From IMG/VR virus record IMGVR_UViG_3300014309_000025, positions 66 through 64,065 of that record: a DNA stretch of 64,000 nt, one strand, 5' to 3'. The stretch's first letter is position 1; each line of letters opens with the position of its first letter. This document shows positions 8,037 to 18,009 of this stretch, piece by piece. A program made the translations under genes and the position numbers. This DNA comes from a virus. Under the pieces are notes generated by a model. The model was not told the origin of the DNA and did no database searches. It saw only the letters and a list, made by a program, of their open reading frames with translations.

Positions 8037-8261
8037 TTATTCTTTTGCAAGAGCCTTCTCTTTTTGGCAATCTTCCCATCCTTGTGTATAAAATATAGAT
8101 GCTAATTCCATGAAGTTACTCATTAAAAGCTCAGCATTTATCTCTCTTGCTCGGTCATTCATAACTCCCCTAAGCTGTCCGGCTAATAATAAAGCTTGTT
8201 GGTCAAGAAACTCAGTATCTGTGGGTTTCTTTAGGGTTTCTTTTTTTCTTAGATTAAACAT
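8037..8261 (-). CDS. hypothetical protein
   Basis: 74 aa, preceded by the ACTATT motif on the minus strand (8279-8284). Confidence 0.65.
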   Translation of the reverse strand: MFNLRKKETLKKPTDTEFLDQQALLLAGQLRGVMNDRAREINAELLMSNFMELASIFYTQGWEDCQKEKALAKE

Positions 8262-8329
8262 GGGATCTATTTTTATATAATAGTATTTATTTTTTGCAAT
8301 ACCTATAACACTAACTAAAAACAGAAACT

Positions 8330-9361
8330 ATGTTAAACATTTTAGGAGTAGATGCAGGTAATGGGGTGATAGTCCACCCTTTAAAAGACCACTTAGTTGG
8401 TAATTTAGAACCAAGGGGTATATTCCACTCCAAGGAAGAACGCCAATGGTTCTCAAATTTTTCAGTACCTATATTTAAAGATAAGGAGACATGCTACAAA
8501 CACATCAAAGACGTAGATGTGATTATTGGAAACCCAGATTGTGGCCATTCTAGTATATTAGCCTACAGCCGGGCTAAAAAATTTAGTGACCCACATGACA
8601 ATGAAAGTTTAAACACATTCTTTCAGGCTATTCAGCATTATAAACCAGTTATATGGTTAATGGAAAATTTACCTGCCCTATTACAAGCCTACACTAAAGA
8701 GGATTTTATTGAAATGTTTAGGGATTACCAACTATCATTTATCATAGGATCGGTCACTCAATTAGGTAATTCCCAGAAAGACCGGGTAAGGTTAGTAATT
8801 ACGGGCGTACATAAGGATATGGAACAGGAATTGGGAAGATTAAAATATATAGGGCTAACTCGTAATTTAAGTAAATTTTACAGAGTTAATGAGCCAACAG
8901 TATGCAGGAACCTATTTAATGGTATAGATGTTAAAGGGGAAGATAAATCTATAGGACACATCCGGGAAGATATTGATACGGTGATAACTCTTTATGGGGG
9001 TTTTAAAATGCCATTAAGGGAAATTCAAAGGCATTGGGAACATAATTGGTGTGAAAAACGTTGGAAAGTAACGGGAGAGAATTTTACTACTGCACCGGGT
9101 GTATATAGGAATTTAGATGATGGATTCCCTGCAACAGCCAGAAAAGCTAATCGCCAATTCAACCAATTAGGTTTAACCATGTCTCCAAGGGAATTAGCAA
9201 GGATTCAGGGAGTACCCGATTCATTCAACATTGCAGTAGGAAGTAGGAAAAATTATTGGATTAATAAAGGTAGAGCTTCGGTTACCAAATGTCCCCCATA
9301 CGAGTTAGGGGTTTGGTTCTATGATGTCCTGAAGAGTACAATACCAAATTTGCTTAAATAA
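8330..9361 (+). CDS. C5-cytosine DNA methyltransferase-like protein (atypical motifs)
   Basis: Motif I GVDAGNG, motif IV GNPDCGHSS, motif VI MENLP, motif VIII QKDRVRL, motif IX MSPRELARIQGVPDSF. Confidence 0.8.
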   Translation: MLNILGVDAGNGVIVHPLKDHLVGNLEPRGIFHSKEERQWFSNFSVPIFKDKETCYKHIKDVDVIIGNPDCGHSSILAYSRAKKFSDPHDNESLNTFFQAIQHYKPVIWLMENLPALLQAYTKEDFIEMFRDYQLSFIIGSVTQLGNSQKDRVRLVITGVHKDMEQELGRLKYIGLTRNLSKFYRVNEPTVCRNLFNGIDVKGEDKSIGHIREDIDTVITLYGGFKMPLREIQRHWEHNWCEKRWKVTGENFTTAPGVYRNLDDGFPATARKANRQFNQLGLTMSPRELARIQGVPDSFNIAVGSRKNYWINKGRASVTKCPPYELGVWFYDVLKSTIPNLLK

Positions 9362-9381
9362 ACACTTTAATAATTACAGAT

Positions 9382-10125
9382 ATGGAAATAATAAAGGCCC
9401 ATCTAAAGAATGGCCAATATAAGGATAAAGAAACTCCTAAATCATTAATTACCCTACACCATACAGCCGGTACAACTGCATCTGGGGCTCTTGATTGGTG
9501 GGATCAAACTCCGGCAAGAGTTGGTTGTGCTTATGTGGTTGACCAAGATGGAAAGATATATGAGGCATTTGATCCCAAATATTGGGCATGGCATATTAAT
9601 ATACCCAATGATGGGGACTTCTTCGAGAAGGCTAATATAGGCATAGAATTGGTTAACCCAGGATTTGTATTCCCAAGAAAGGACGGGAATTTTAATTTTT
9701 ACCCAATGTATCCCAATACCAATTATCATACAGTGATCCCTAAAGAAAAGGTAGTTGAATGTGAATTTAGAGGATTTAAATATTTCCAAAAATATTCTGA
9801 AGCCCAGCTGGATTCATTATCCTGGTTATTGGATAAACTGATAAAGGATTTTAAAATACCAATGCAGGAACCCAAATTATTTGACCATTTCTGGGAACAT
9901 AATAAAATAGCCATTGACCTTAAATTACCCGGTATATGGTCTCACTCTACATTTAGGTCAGACAAATCTGATATATTTCCTTATGAGCCATTGATAAGTA
10001 TGGTTTCTGAGGTATATAACCAAAACATTGTTAAGGTACCTGAAGTTAAGCCTTATAGTGAGAAGGTGATCCCTACATCAGTTAAGGTAGATAAGGCACC
10101 TAATAAGAACTATAAAAGACCCTAA
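9382..10125 (+). CDS. endolysin, N-acetylmuramoyl-L-alanine amidase (Amidase_2)
   Basis: ITLHHTAG, AWH, IGIELVN, IWSH and KSD zinc-amidase motifs. Confidence 0.9.
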   Translation: MEIIKAHLKNGQYKDKETPKSLITLHHTAGTTASGALDWWDQTPARVGCAYVVDQDGKIYEAFDPKYWAWHINIPNDGDFFEKANIGIELVNPGFVFPRKDGNFNFYPMYPNTNYHTVIPKEKVVECEFRGFKYFQKYSEAQLDSLSWLLDKLIKDFKIPMQEPKLFDHFWEHNKIAIDLKLPGIWSHSTFRSDKSDIFPYEPLISMVSEVYNQNIVKVPEVKPYSEKVIPTSVKVDKAPNKNYKRP

Positions 10126-10149
10126 TTTAAGCCCATTTTAAACATTAAA

Positions 10150-10195
10150 AAAAGATAACTAATATTATTATCTAAAGATAATATTAGTATCTTTT
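10150..10195. terminator. AT-rich hairpin, possible terminator
   Basis: AAAAGAT-A-ACTAATATTAT ... ATAATATTAGT-ATCTTTT inverted repeat after the amidase gene. Confidence 0.45.
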
Positions 10196-10225
10196 CATAT
10201 TATAAAACCTAAAATCAACAAAACA

Positions 10226-10900
10226 ATGAAAACAGCAAACATAATAGGCCTTTTAATCATCATAACTTTATTAGTTTATATAGCCTTTATCAAGAAGCCC
10301 AAAGTAGTAGGGGTCCCTGTACCTACCTATACAACGGACACTATTCAGGTACCAGTGCCTTATGAAGTACCCGTACCTTATCCTAAAGAGGTACCACCTA
10401 AAATTGTTTACCAATACTATTCAGGATTTGATTCAATCACCTTAGACAGCCTTTTATGGAGGATAAGTGAAAATGAGTTGCTAATAGAATACATGTCTCA
10501 GTCATTATCATACAATGAAAGGTTTCTAGTTTCATACCCCTTAAATCCCAAATTATTAAGTTTTGATCTAAACAGGGATTCAATGAACCTTTCACTACTT
10601 AATCCAGATGGTGATCTGTTTAGTTATAATTATCCCATAGACCTTAATAATTTTAAATACCGGTGGGTTGATCACCAACTTACTCGGAAGAATGACATTT
10701 TACCTGTCACTAAAAACAAAGAAGTTTCCTTGTATGGAAATGTTGGATATGATTTTGTAGGACTATCCCCTATCATTGGGCTTTACATTGATAAACCCTT
10801 TGGAAAATTTAGAGCTTATTCTAGTGCTGACATAGGGCTATTAAATGTAAAGGCATCTAGTTTAAAGGTGGGGATAGGTTACAAAATTAATCTCAAATGA
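10226..10900 (+). CDS. putative spanin-like lysis protein
   Basis: N-terminal transmembrane helix, Pro/Val-rich linker (DTIQVPVPY), C-terminal amphipathic beta strands ending KVGIGYKINLK; follows the amidase. Confidence 0.5.
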   Translation: MKTANIIGLLIIITLLVYIAFIKKPKVVGVPVPTYTTDTIQVPVPYEVPVPYPKEVPPKIVYQYYSGFDSITLDSLLWRISENELLIEYMSQSLSYNERFLVSYPLNPKLLSFDLNRDSMNLSLLNPDGDLFSYNYPIDLNNFKYRWVDHQLTRKNDILPVTKNKEVSLYGNVGYDFVGLSPIIGLYIDKPFGKFRAYSSADIGLLNVKASSLKVGIGYKINLK

Positions 10901-12387
10901 TCGAACCCAGGAAGTGGTACAAGTTAAGTACGGAAGAGTTTAAAATATTTTTAAAATGTAGCCAAGATATATTTTTCTTCGCTACATTTATCCATGTAAT
11001 ACACCCCATAAGAGGAAAAGTTAAATTTGATCTATACCCTTATCAGAAAAAAGTTCTCTGGTATTTCCTCACCAGGCAATTCAACATCGTTAAAAAATTT
11101 AGGCAAGCCGGTATTACAGAGTTAATTTCTCTGTATTGCCTTTGGTTTGCAATGTTTCATCCTAATAAACTCATCCAGATTATTTCAATTAAGGATAGGG
11201 TTGCTAAAAAAGTTTTACGTAGGATTAAATACATGTACCGGAATCTTCCGGAGTATTTAAAAATACCCATAGTAAATGGTAGGGGGATGGACTTAGGAAC
11301 CTCAACTGAAATTGAGTTCGCTAATGGTTCTATAATCGCTTCCTTACCAACAACAGAAGATGCTGGTCGTTCTGAAGCTTTATCCTTATTGGTAATAGAT
11401 GAGGCTGCAATTATAAGGTGGGCTAATACAATATGGGCAGCAGCATTCCCAACACTATCTACGGGGGGGTCGGCAATTCTTAACAGTACCCCTTATGGTG
11501 TAGGTAATTTTTATCATAAAACTTGGGTAGATGCAGTTGCTCAGGGAAATGACTTTAACCCAATTAACCTCAAATGGACAATGCACCCAGAGAGAGATAT
11601 TAATTGGTATAATCAAATGAGATCCATTCTAGGACCCCGGAGAACAGCCCAGGAAGTAGATGGGGACTTTCTTACATCGGGGCACTCAGTATTTGACTTG
11701 GTGGATATAAAAGCAATAGAGGATGCCATAACTGAGATTGATGTTGAAGTTAGGTTAAATGGTAACATGATAATTAAAAGGCCCCCTAAATTAAATGAAA
11801 GATGTTATATAGGGGCTGATATCGCAACGGGTAGAGCAAATGACTATTCAGCATTCCCCATAATGAATAGGGCTGGTGAAGAATTGGGTTATTTTAAGGG
11901 TAGAATACCAATACCGGCTTTTTCCAAACTGTTAATGAGAACTGGTAAGGAGTACAACAATGCTATGTTAGGGCCCGAGAGCAACGACATAGGTTTATCA
12001 TGCACCCAGAAGATTCAGGACAGTGGTTACCCTAATCTCTATTATACAACCCAATTTTTAAAAGAAAAGGGGAGTAAGAAACCTAAGGTAGAGAAAATAC
12101 CCGGTTGGTATACAACTACTCAAAATAGGTCACTTATAATAGATGAGTTAGAAAATGATATCAGAAATGAGAACATAGAAATTATTAATAAATTTTTTGC
12201 AGCTGAGGCTTACACTTTTATTTATGATGGTACTAACCGCCCCATTGCAATGGGTAAGGGTAATAAAACCGATGATGATGAGTTAGAGGATGAAAACACA
12301 TTTACCGATGATAGTATATTGGCTGAGTGTATAACTAATTACATCAGAAAAGGAAAAGGAGCATCGGGTATAGTAGCTCCTAAATAA
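10897..12387 (+). CDS. terL: terminase large subunit
   Basis: LYPYQ, Walker A KFRQAGIT, Walker B LLVIDEAA, coupling motif NSTPYG, nuclease motifs IGADIATG and TDDSILA. Confidence 0.95.
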   Translation: MIEPRKWYKLSTEEFKIFLKCSQDIFFFATFIHVIHPIRGKVKFDLYPYQKKVLWYFLTRQFNIVKKFRQAGITELISLYCLWFAMFHPNKLIQIISIKDRVAKKVLRRIKYMYRNLPEYLKIPIVNGRGMDLGTSTEIEFANGSIIASLPTTEDAGRSEALSLLVIDEAAIIRWANTIWAAAFPTLSTGGSAILNSTPYGVGNFYHKTWVDAVAQGNDFNPINLKWTMHPERDINWYNQMRSILGPRRTAQEVDGDFLTSGHSVFDLVDIKAIEDAITEIDVEVRLNGNMIIKRPPKLNERCYIGADIATGRANDYSAFPIMNRAGEELGYFKGRIPIPAFSKLLMRTGKEYNNAMLGPESNDIGLSCTQKIQDSGYPNLYYTTQFLKEKGSKKPKVEKIPGWYTTTQNRSLIIDELENDIRNENIEIINKFFAAEAYTFIYDGTNRPIAMGKGNKTDDDELEDENTFTDDSILAECITNYIRKGKGASGIVAPK

Positions 12388-12436
12388 ACAATACTAAATG
12401 CACTAATACAGTATAAGGATATTATATTTGAAAAAC

Positions 12437-13909
12437 ATGGGACTTATCCAAGACTTTAAACAATTATTTTCTAGTCCTACACCCGTTGTTACTAAGGCGG
12501 TAGAAAAAGCTCAACCCATTTCTAAGGATATTAAAACTGCTCCTGTAGGGGGTAGACAATCCAGGCCTTCTTTAGAATATCAACAGGTCATCCAAGATTT
12601 AAAATCTGGTACAAAATTTATTACCCAACCCTATATTGCTGAAGTTGTACCCATAATCCGTAAGATGGCTATGGTTAACCCAGATTTAGGGTTAGCGTTG
12701 TATGACATAGTTCAACTCACCAATACCGGACATACCATTAAGTTTGATAAGGAACAAGGCCCTGATGAGGTTATAAGGATGAGACGTCACTTAAAAGATA
12801 AACAAGAAGTATGGGGTGATGGGGTAGCAGGTATAAATGGATTAATTAATAAGATGATAGCACAGGTTTACATATCTGGTGCTTTATGTGGGGAGTTAGA
12901 TATTGCCAATGATAAAACTGGGGTTAATAACTTTCCATTAGTAAACCCCGAAAGTATACAGTTTGCCTGGAATACCAGAAGCCGTAGATATGAAGCCTAT
13001 CAAAAACAAAGACCTTCTGCTGCTACTATAAATGTTACCGTGGAGAAGGTGGTTAAAATGAACCCCTTTACTTTTATGTATTTTGGCATAGGGGGAGATA
13101 CTGATTTACCTTATGGAATACCCCCCTATTTAAATGCCTTAAACTCCTTATCAATACAAGGGGATATGGATAAGAACATAAGGTATATCATGAAGCAGTT
13201 GGGCCTATTAGGTTTCTTTGAAGCCTTAATGGATAAACCCGATAAGAATGATGGAGAAAGCGATTCGATGTATTTAAAAAGGTTATCATCAATACTCACT
13301 GAGGCAAAGACTAATTTGGAAACAGGTTTAAATGAGGGTTTGGTGGTAGGGTACAAAGATGATCATGAATTTAATTTTAACGCTACTGGAAAAAACTTAA
13401 CGGGTGTAGATGGAGTATATGAGAGAAACGAGATACAAGTTGCAAATGGTTTAAAAGTTAGCCCCTCTTTCTTAGGAGTTAAACTTGCAGGTACGGAAAC
13501 CGGTATAACCATTGTATTTACCAAGATGCTATCTCAATTAAGCAATGTACAAGCATTATTAGCTCGAGCATTGCGTAAATTATATATCACGGAACTTACT
13601 CTTGCTGGTTTTTCCTTTAATAGCCTTGAGGTTGAATTTGAACCATCAACTATAACTGATGACCTTAAAAATCAACAAGCTGATGAGATAAGGATAAGAA
13701 ATGTCAATAACAAATATTTAATGGGCATCATCAGTCAAAAACAGGCTGCAGATGAGTTAGGTTATGACTCCCCCGATCAACCCGAACCCAGGGCTCCCAT
13801 TGATGATGCAGAAGTTGATTCTCAGAAAAGAGAAAAAGATAAAGATAAATCAGATAAAACAGGACGAGACAAAAAGAAGCCTCAACCAAAGCGGGGTGAT
13901 AACAAATAA
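12437..13909 (+). CDS. portal protein
   Basis: Follows TerL, about 490 aa, PYGIPP motif, GIISQKQAADELGY near the C-terminus. ATG at 12437 preferred over TTG at 12428. Confidence 0.85.
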   Translation: MGLIQDFKQLFSSPTPVVTKAVEKAQPISKDIKTAPVGGRQSRPSLEYQQVIQDLKSGTKFITQPYIAEVVPIIRKMAMVNPDLGLALYDIVQLTNTGHTIKFDKEQGPDEVIRMRRHLKDKQEVWGDGVAGINGLINKMIAQVYISGALCGELDIANDKTGVNNFPLVNPESIQFAWNTRSRRYEAYQKQRPSAATINVTVEKVVKMNPFTFMYFGIGGDTDLPYGIPPYLNALNSLSIQGDMDKNIRYIMKQLGLLGFFEALMDKPDKNDGESDSMYLKRLSSILTEAKTNLETGLNEGLVVGYKDDHEFNFNATGKNLTGVDGVYERNEIQVANGLKVSPSFLGVKLAGTETGITIVFTKMLSQLSNVQALLARALRKLYITELTLAGFSFNSLEVEFEPSTITDDLKNQQADEIRIRNVNNKYLMGIISQKQAADELGYDSPDQPEPRAPIDDAEVDSQKREKDKDKSDKTGRDKKKPQPKRGDNK

Positions 13910-13914
13910 TTACC

Positions 13915-15405
13915 ATGAGAAAGAACATTGATACAATTAAGCTGTCATTAGGGCATAACCTAATATTGGGTAACAAACCAGAGATAGTTACTCTTGATGT
14001 GTTAAATAAAGCCATTGAGGAGAGTAATCACCAGGACATAGGTAAATTTGGTTTATTTGAATCATCTTCCCCAAATTATACTACTTATTACCCAGATGTA
14101 GAAGCCGGTGACCTTACCCCTAAGGATGATGAGTTTATTTACCCAACATTCAGGGCACTGTCAAACACAACTGTTCACCCCAAGATGAACCCTATATTCT
14201 TTTCTGAAGAAATTCTTAAAAGGGCCCAATATAAATTAGTAGGACAAACAGTAAATGCCGACCATGAAGTTGCAGTGGGTAATGCCATTGGCTCGGTATC
14301 AGCTATTCAATGGCAGGCTGCTTATAAAACTAAAGATGGTATTAAAGTACCAGCAGGTATAAATGCTACTCTTAAGATTGATGGTAAATCCAACCCCCGT
14401 ATAGCAAGGGCCATAAATATGGAGCCCCCTTCAATCCATTCAACCTCTGTAACTGTTACCTTTGCCTGGGAAAAATCCCACCCCACAATGTCAGATGAGG
14501 AATTTTGGAATAAACTGGGTACGTTTGATAAGGAAGGCAAAGTAGTTCAAAGGATAGTAACTAACATTGAAGCTTTTCATGAAATATCATTAGTTAGCCA
14601 CGGTGCTGATTATTTTGCTCAAAAAATTGGTAAAGACGGTAAGATAGTTAACCCGGGTTACTCGGCTTCCAGGTACCCTTTCAGTGATGTATCATTATCT
14701 GATGCTGAACTAAGTGATCTTAAAAAAACAACAAAACACTTTACTTATGATTTTAAGGATTTAGATACCACATCTTTATCCGAAGAAACCACAATACTTG
14801 ATGAAACTAATAATATACAAACAACTGATAAAATGGATTATCTGAAACTTTTAGCCACTGTCTTTGGTATAACTCTTACCGATGAAAATTTCCAAACCTC
14901 AATCCAACAGGTTCAGGATGAACTCGCTGATTTGAGAAGTAAGAAAGAAGCCTTTGATGCTCCCCTTATTATAAAGGGGCTAACCGGTAAAGATGCTATC
15001 CAGGCTGAACTTGACCGGTTATCTACTGAAGTGGCTGATCTTACCGGACAGGTAGAGGATCAAAAAACGGGGGTAGCCTTATCTGATACCCTGGTATCAG
15101 AGTTAAGAGTTGATGCCCTCAGGTTATATAAAGCTTCTTTGGGGGAAAAACCGGAAGATGCCAATATTGTTAACCTGATCAATACATCGGCTTATACAAC
15201 CCTGAAATCTTTACACAAACAGTATGATGAGCTAACCGACAAACAGTATCAATTTAGTTGTTCTGATTGTGGATCACATAATGTATCCAGGATGTCATCA
15301 AAACCAGCAAGTGAAGAAAGTGAAGATAAAGACAAAACCAGTTTTGAGGTAATTGAAAACTTTACTGGAGTACCTGAAAAGGTAAACACCAAATTTTTCC
15401 AGTAA
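13915..15405 (+). CDS. prohead protease / scaffold fusion
   Basis: VNADH, STSVTV and EISLVSHGAD (HK97-type protease), followed by a coiled-coil scaffold region with a C-terminal CxxC. Confidence 0.8.
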   Translation: MRKNIDTIKLSLGHNLILGNKPEIVTLDVLNKAIEESNHQDIGKFGLFESSSPNYTTYYPDVEAGDLTPKDDEFIYPTFRALSNTTVHPKMNPIFFSEEILKRAQYKLVGQTVNADHEVAVGNAIGSVSAIQWQAAYKTKDGIKVPAGINATLKIDGKSNPRIARAINMEPPSIHSTSVTVTFAWEKSHPTMSDEEFWNKLGTFDKEGKVVQRIVTNIEAFHEISLVSHGADYFAQKIGKDGKIVNPGYSASRYPFSDVSLSDAELSDLKKTTKHFTYDFKDLDTTSLSEETTILDETNNIQTTDKMDYLKLLATVFGITLTDENFQTSIQQVQDELADLRSKKEAFDAPLIIKGLTGKDAIQAELDRLSTEVADLTGQVEDQKTGVALSDTLVSELRVDALRLYKASLGEKPEDANIVNLINTSAYTTLKSLHKQYDELTDKQYQFSCSDCGSHNVSRMSSKPASEESEDKDKTSFEVIENFTGVPEKVNTKFFQ

Positions 15406-15476
15406 GCCTTAAATTAATCTCCAGACCTCTATTATTTATATTATAGGAAACACAAAACAATTTAAAAATAAAAGCC

Positions 15477-16181
15477 ATGCCTACTACTCTTGGTACCGCC
15501 TCTAAGACATTATTTCTGAAACAGAACCTTCATTTAGTTACCGAAGAGTTTGAAGTAAAGGAATTAACCACTGCATTAGCAATTGATGCGGACCTGGTTG
15601 CATCGAACTCTACAGTGGTTACTGTAAATGGGCTTGCTACTTCTGCTACTGTATATGCCTCCAGCCATGATGCCACTATGGCGGCTATTGCTGTTAAGGT
15701 TGCTGCATTATCCGGAGTAAGGTCTGCTACAGCTGCTGCAAGGACAATAACCATTGAAATGGAATCCCAGGTTGCTGCCCCCGTAATATCTGCTGTAACC
15801 TCCTCGGGTTCTTCACAGGGTGCTTGGACTGCTACTGCCGATAATAATGCTATATACCCGGGACAGCCGGTAAAACTTACCACAGATGGTAAGGTTGAGC
15901 CTCTTGCTGCTGCAGGTAACTTGGTTGATAACATCGGCCACAGTTTACACCAGGGATATGGACGGGAATTGGTAACCGTAGTTATGAGGGCCCAGACAAT
16001 CATATTTGCGGAAGCTACCGCAGCAAATGGTACTGCTGCTCCCGTGAAGACAGGTACTTTTAACACCGTAAGTTCCAGGGCACGTTTCGATGATGCTTCT
16101 GTAACCCATGAAAACTATGTTGGATGGGCTCTTGACCCTTCAACCGATATTGATGAAGAAATCCGGGTAGCTCTTCTGTAA
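15477..16181 (+). CDS. capsid decoration / cement protein
   Basis: Ala/Thr-rich, IYPGQPVKL...IG...VGWAL pattern, directly upstream of the major capsid gene. Confidence 0.65.
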   Translation: MPTTLGTASKTLFLKQNLHLVTEEFEVKELTTALAIDADLVASNSTVVTVNGLATSATVYASSHDATMAAIAVKVAALSGVRSATAAARTITIEMESQVAAPVISAVTSSGSSQGAWTATADNNAIYPGQPVKLTTDGKVEPLAAAGNLVDNIGHSLHQGYGRELVTVVMRAQTIIFAEATAANGTAAPVKTGTFNTVSSRARFDDASVTHENYVGWALDPSTDIDEEIRVALL

Positions 16182-16245
16182 TTTATTTCCAGACCAGCCC
16201 CTTTTTATAATACGAGAAAACCTTAAAATTTTAACACATACCGAT

Positions 16246-17352
16246 ATGGACCTCAAAAAATTCGAAGCAAGTAAGTTCAAAGGCACACTTCAGGAAACTG
16301 TAAAGGCTTGCGAAGCTATAAGAATGCACAAGGATAACCCCAAAGACATTTCCTTTGCAGAAATGGTAAAGGCAAAGCACTCAATGGAGTTAGACTCTTT
16401 TTTGGGGAGCTTGGGAATTGACCCGGGCACAGATACCATCAGTAACTTAATAACTGTTGCTGATATGGACGTACGTTGGATCATCCCTGAAATTTTCCGC
16501 CAGGCTCTTTTACTGGGGTATCGCAATGCACCCATTTATCCCAATATCATTGTAACTGAGGAACAGATGAGGGGACTCAGCCAGGTAATGCCCCATATCA
16601 ATATGTCAGATGCTGCTCCCCGTAGAGTAGGTGAAGGGGAAACAATTCCTCTGGGAGCAATTTCCTATGGCTCAAAAACATTCCGGATTTTTAAATTAGG
16701 CCGCGGTATTTCAATCACAGACGAGGTACGTCAATATTCCAGTTTAAATGTAGTTTCCATCTTCCTTCGGGATTTCGGGCTAAAACTCGGTCATGCTGCT
16801 GACGTATTGGCTATTGATTGTGCTATCAATGGTGAACAAGCTGATGGCTCAGAATCCGCTCCTGTAGTAGGAACCACCACCGGTGTAACTGCTACAAAGG
16901 CTTATAAAGATTTCCTCCGTATATGGATCAGGATGAGTAGGATTGGCCGTATGCCTTCTGTAATCATCGGTGGGGAAGATTCAGCCCTTGCAACTCTGGA
17001 CCTTACCGAGTTTAAAACTCCGGTACAAGGTACTCCTGCAGCTAAGCTGACATTTAAACAACCCCTGCCCTCGAACTCCAATTACTTCATTCATGGTAAT
17101 GTCCCTGCAACCCAGGAGCTGATAATTGACCCGACTGCTTCTTTGATAAAGTTTAATGGTTTCCCATTGAAACTTGAAACCGAAAGAATCGTATCCAATC
17201 AAACTGAGGCTTTCTATGTATCACTGCAAACCGGTTTTGCAAAACTCTTCAGAGATTCCGTTATCATCCTGGATGACAATGTTGCAGTAGCATCCTCAGG
17301 TCTTCCTACATGGATGGACGTTGATTCTCTTCAGAACGTAACGGTAGAATAA
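16246..17352 (+). CDS. major capsid protein (HK97 fold)
   Basis: 368 aa with WIIPEIF, VGEGETIP and KLGRGISITDE; expected gene order. Confidence 0.9.
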   Translation: MDLKKFEASKFKGTLQETVKACEAIRMHKDNPKDISFAEMVKAKHSMELDSFLGSLGIDPGTDTISNLITVADMDVRWIIPEIFRQALLLGYRNAPIYPNIIVTEEQMRGLSQVMPHINMSDAAPRRVGEGETIPLGAISYGSKTFRIFKLGRGISITDEVRQYSSLNVVSIFLRDFGLKLGHAADVLAIDCAINGEQADGSESAPVVGTTTGVTATKAYKDFLRIWIRMSRIGRMPSVIIGGEDSALATLDLTEFKTPVQGTPAAKLTFKQPLPSNSNYFIHGNVPATQELIIDPTASLIKFNGFPLKLETERIVSNQTEAFYVSLQTGFAKLFRDSVIILDDNVAVASSGLPTWMDVDSLQNVTVE

Positions 17353-17376
17353 TCCGGTAAAAGAAACTAGTAAAGG

Positions 17377-17412
17377 TAGTCTGGGTGAGTAATCTTTCCC
17401 AGACTATTTTTT
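17377..17412 (+). terminator. terminator after the major capsid gene, overlapping the ACTATT motif
   Basis: Stem TAGTCTGGG / CCCAGACTA plus T6. Confidence 0.7.
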
Positions 17413-17428
17413 ATAAAACAAATCCATT

Positions 17429-17815
17429 ATGGCAAAATACGTTAAATTAGGGGAAAAGGCTGAAAGCTACAGTTCACCCCAGGACAAAATCAAACTTATA
17501 AAAGGCTCTGCAGTAAAGCTTCCTAATAGGCCATCTAAGAAAGTGATGGATGCTATAAAAGGAGGCCACTTGGTTGAGATTGGCGAATATGAATTTAACC
17601 TTATGACAGGTGCAATCCAACCCAAACCCACGAAAGAGACAAAGGTAAAAGCTAAACCAAAATCAGCTCTTGAGAAAAGGCTGGAAGTAATGGATGATGA
17701 TATGTTGATTGATTACCTTAAAGAAACTTTTGAGGTAACCGATGAAGTCATCGAAGAATTTACCCAAAAATCCCAGGAAAACAAGGTTGCATATATCCTG
17801 GAGTTGGAAGATTAA
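17429..17815 (+). CDS. hypothetical protein (head-associated)
   Basis: 128-aa ORF following the major capsid gene. Confidence 0.75.
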   Translation: MAKYVKLGEKAESYSSPQDKIKLIKGSAVKLPNRPSKKVMDAIKGGHLVEIGEYEFNLMTGAIQPKPTKETKVKAKPKSALEKRLEVMDDDMLIDYLKETFEVTDEVIEEFTQKSQENKVAYILELED

Positions 17816-17848
17816 AAGAAACCTGTTTCTTGCTGTTCTGTCCGAGTT

Positions 17849-17884
17849 AAGCCTGGTCCCTTAAAAGGCCAGGCTTTTCTTTTG
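17849..17884 (+). terminator. intrinsic terminator
   Basis: AAGCCTGGTC ... GGCCAGGCTT plus T-rich tract. Confidence 0.7.
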
Positions 17885-18009
17885 TAAAACAAATTAATAA
17901 AAGCTATTGGGTACTGTTTTAAACCCAAATGGGTATATCAAAATGTACTAGAATAGTTATAGCAATATAAACTTAACTTTAAATAGAATTATTAATACTA
18001 GATACACAA

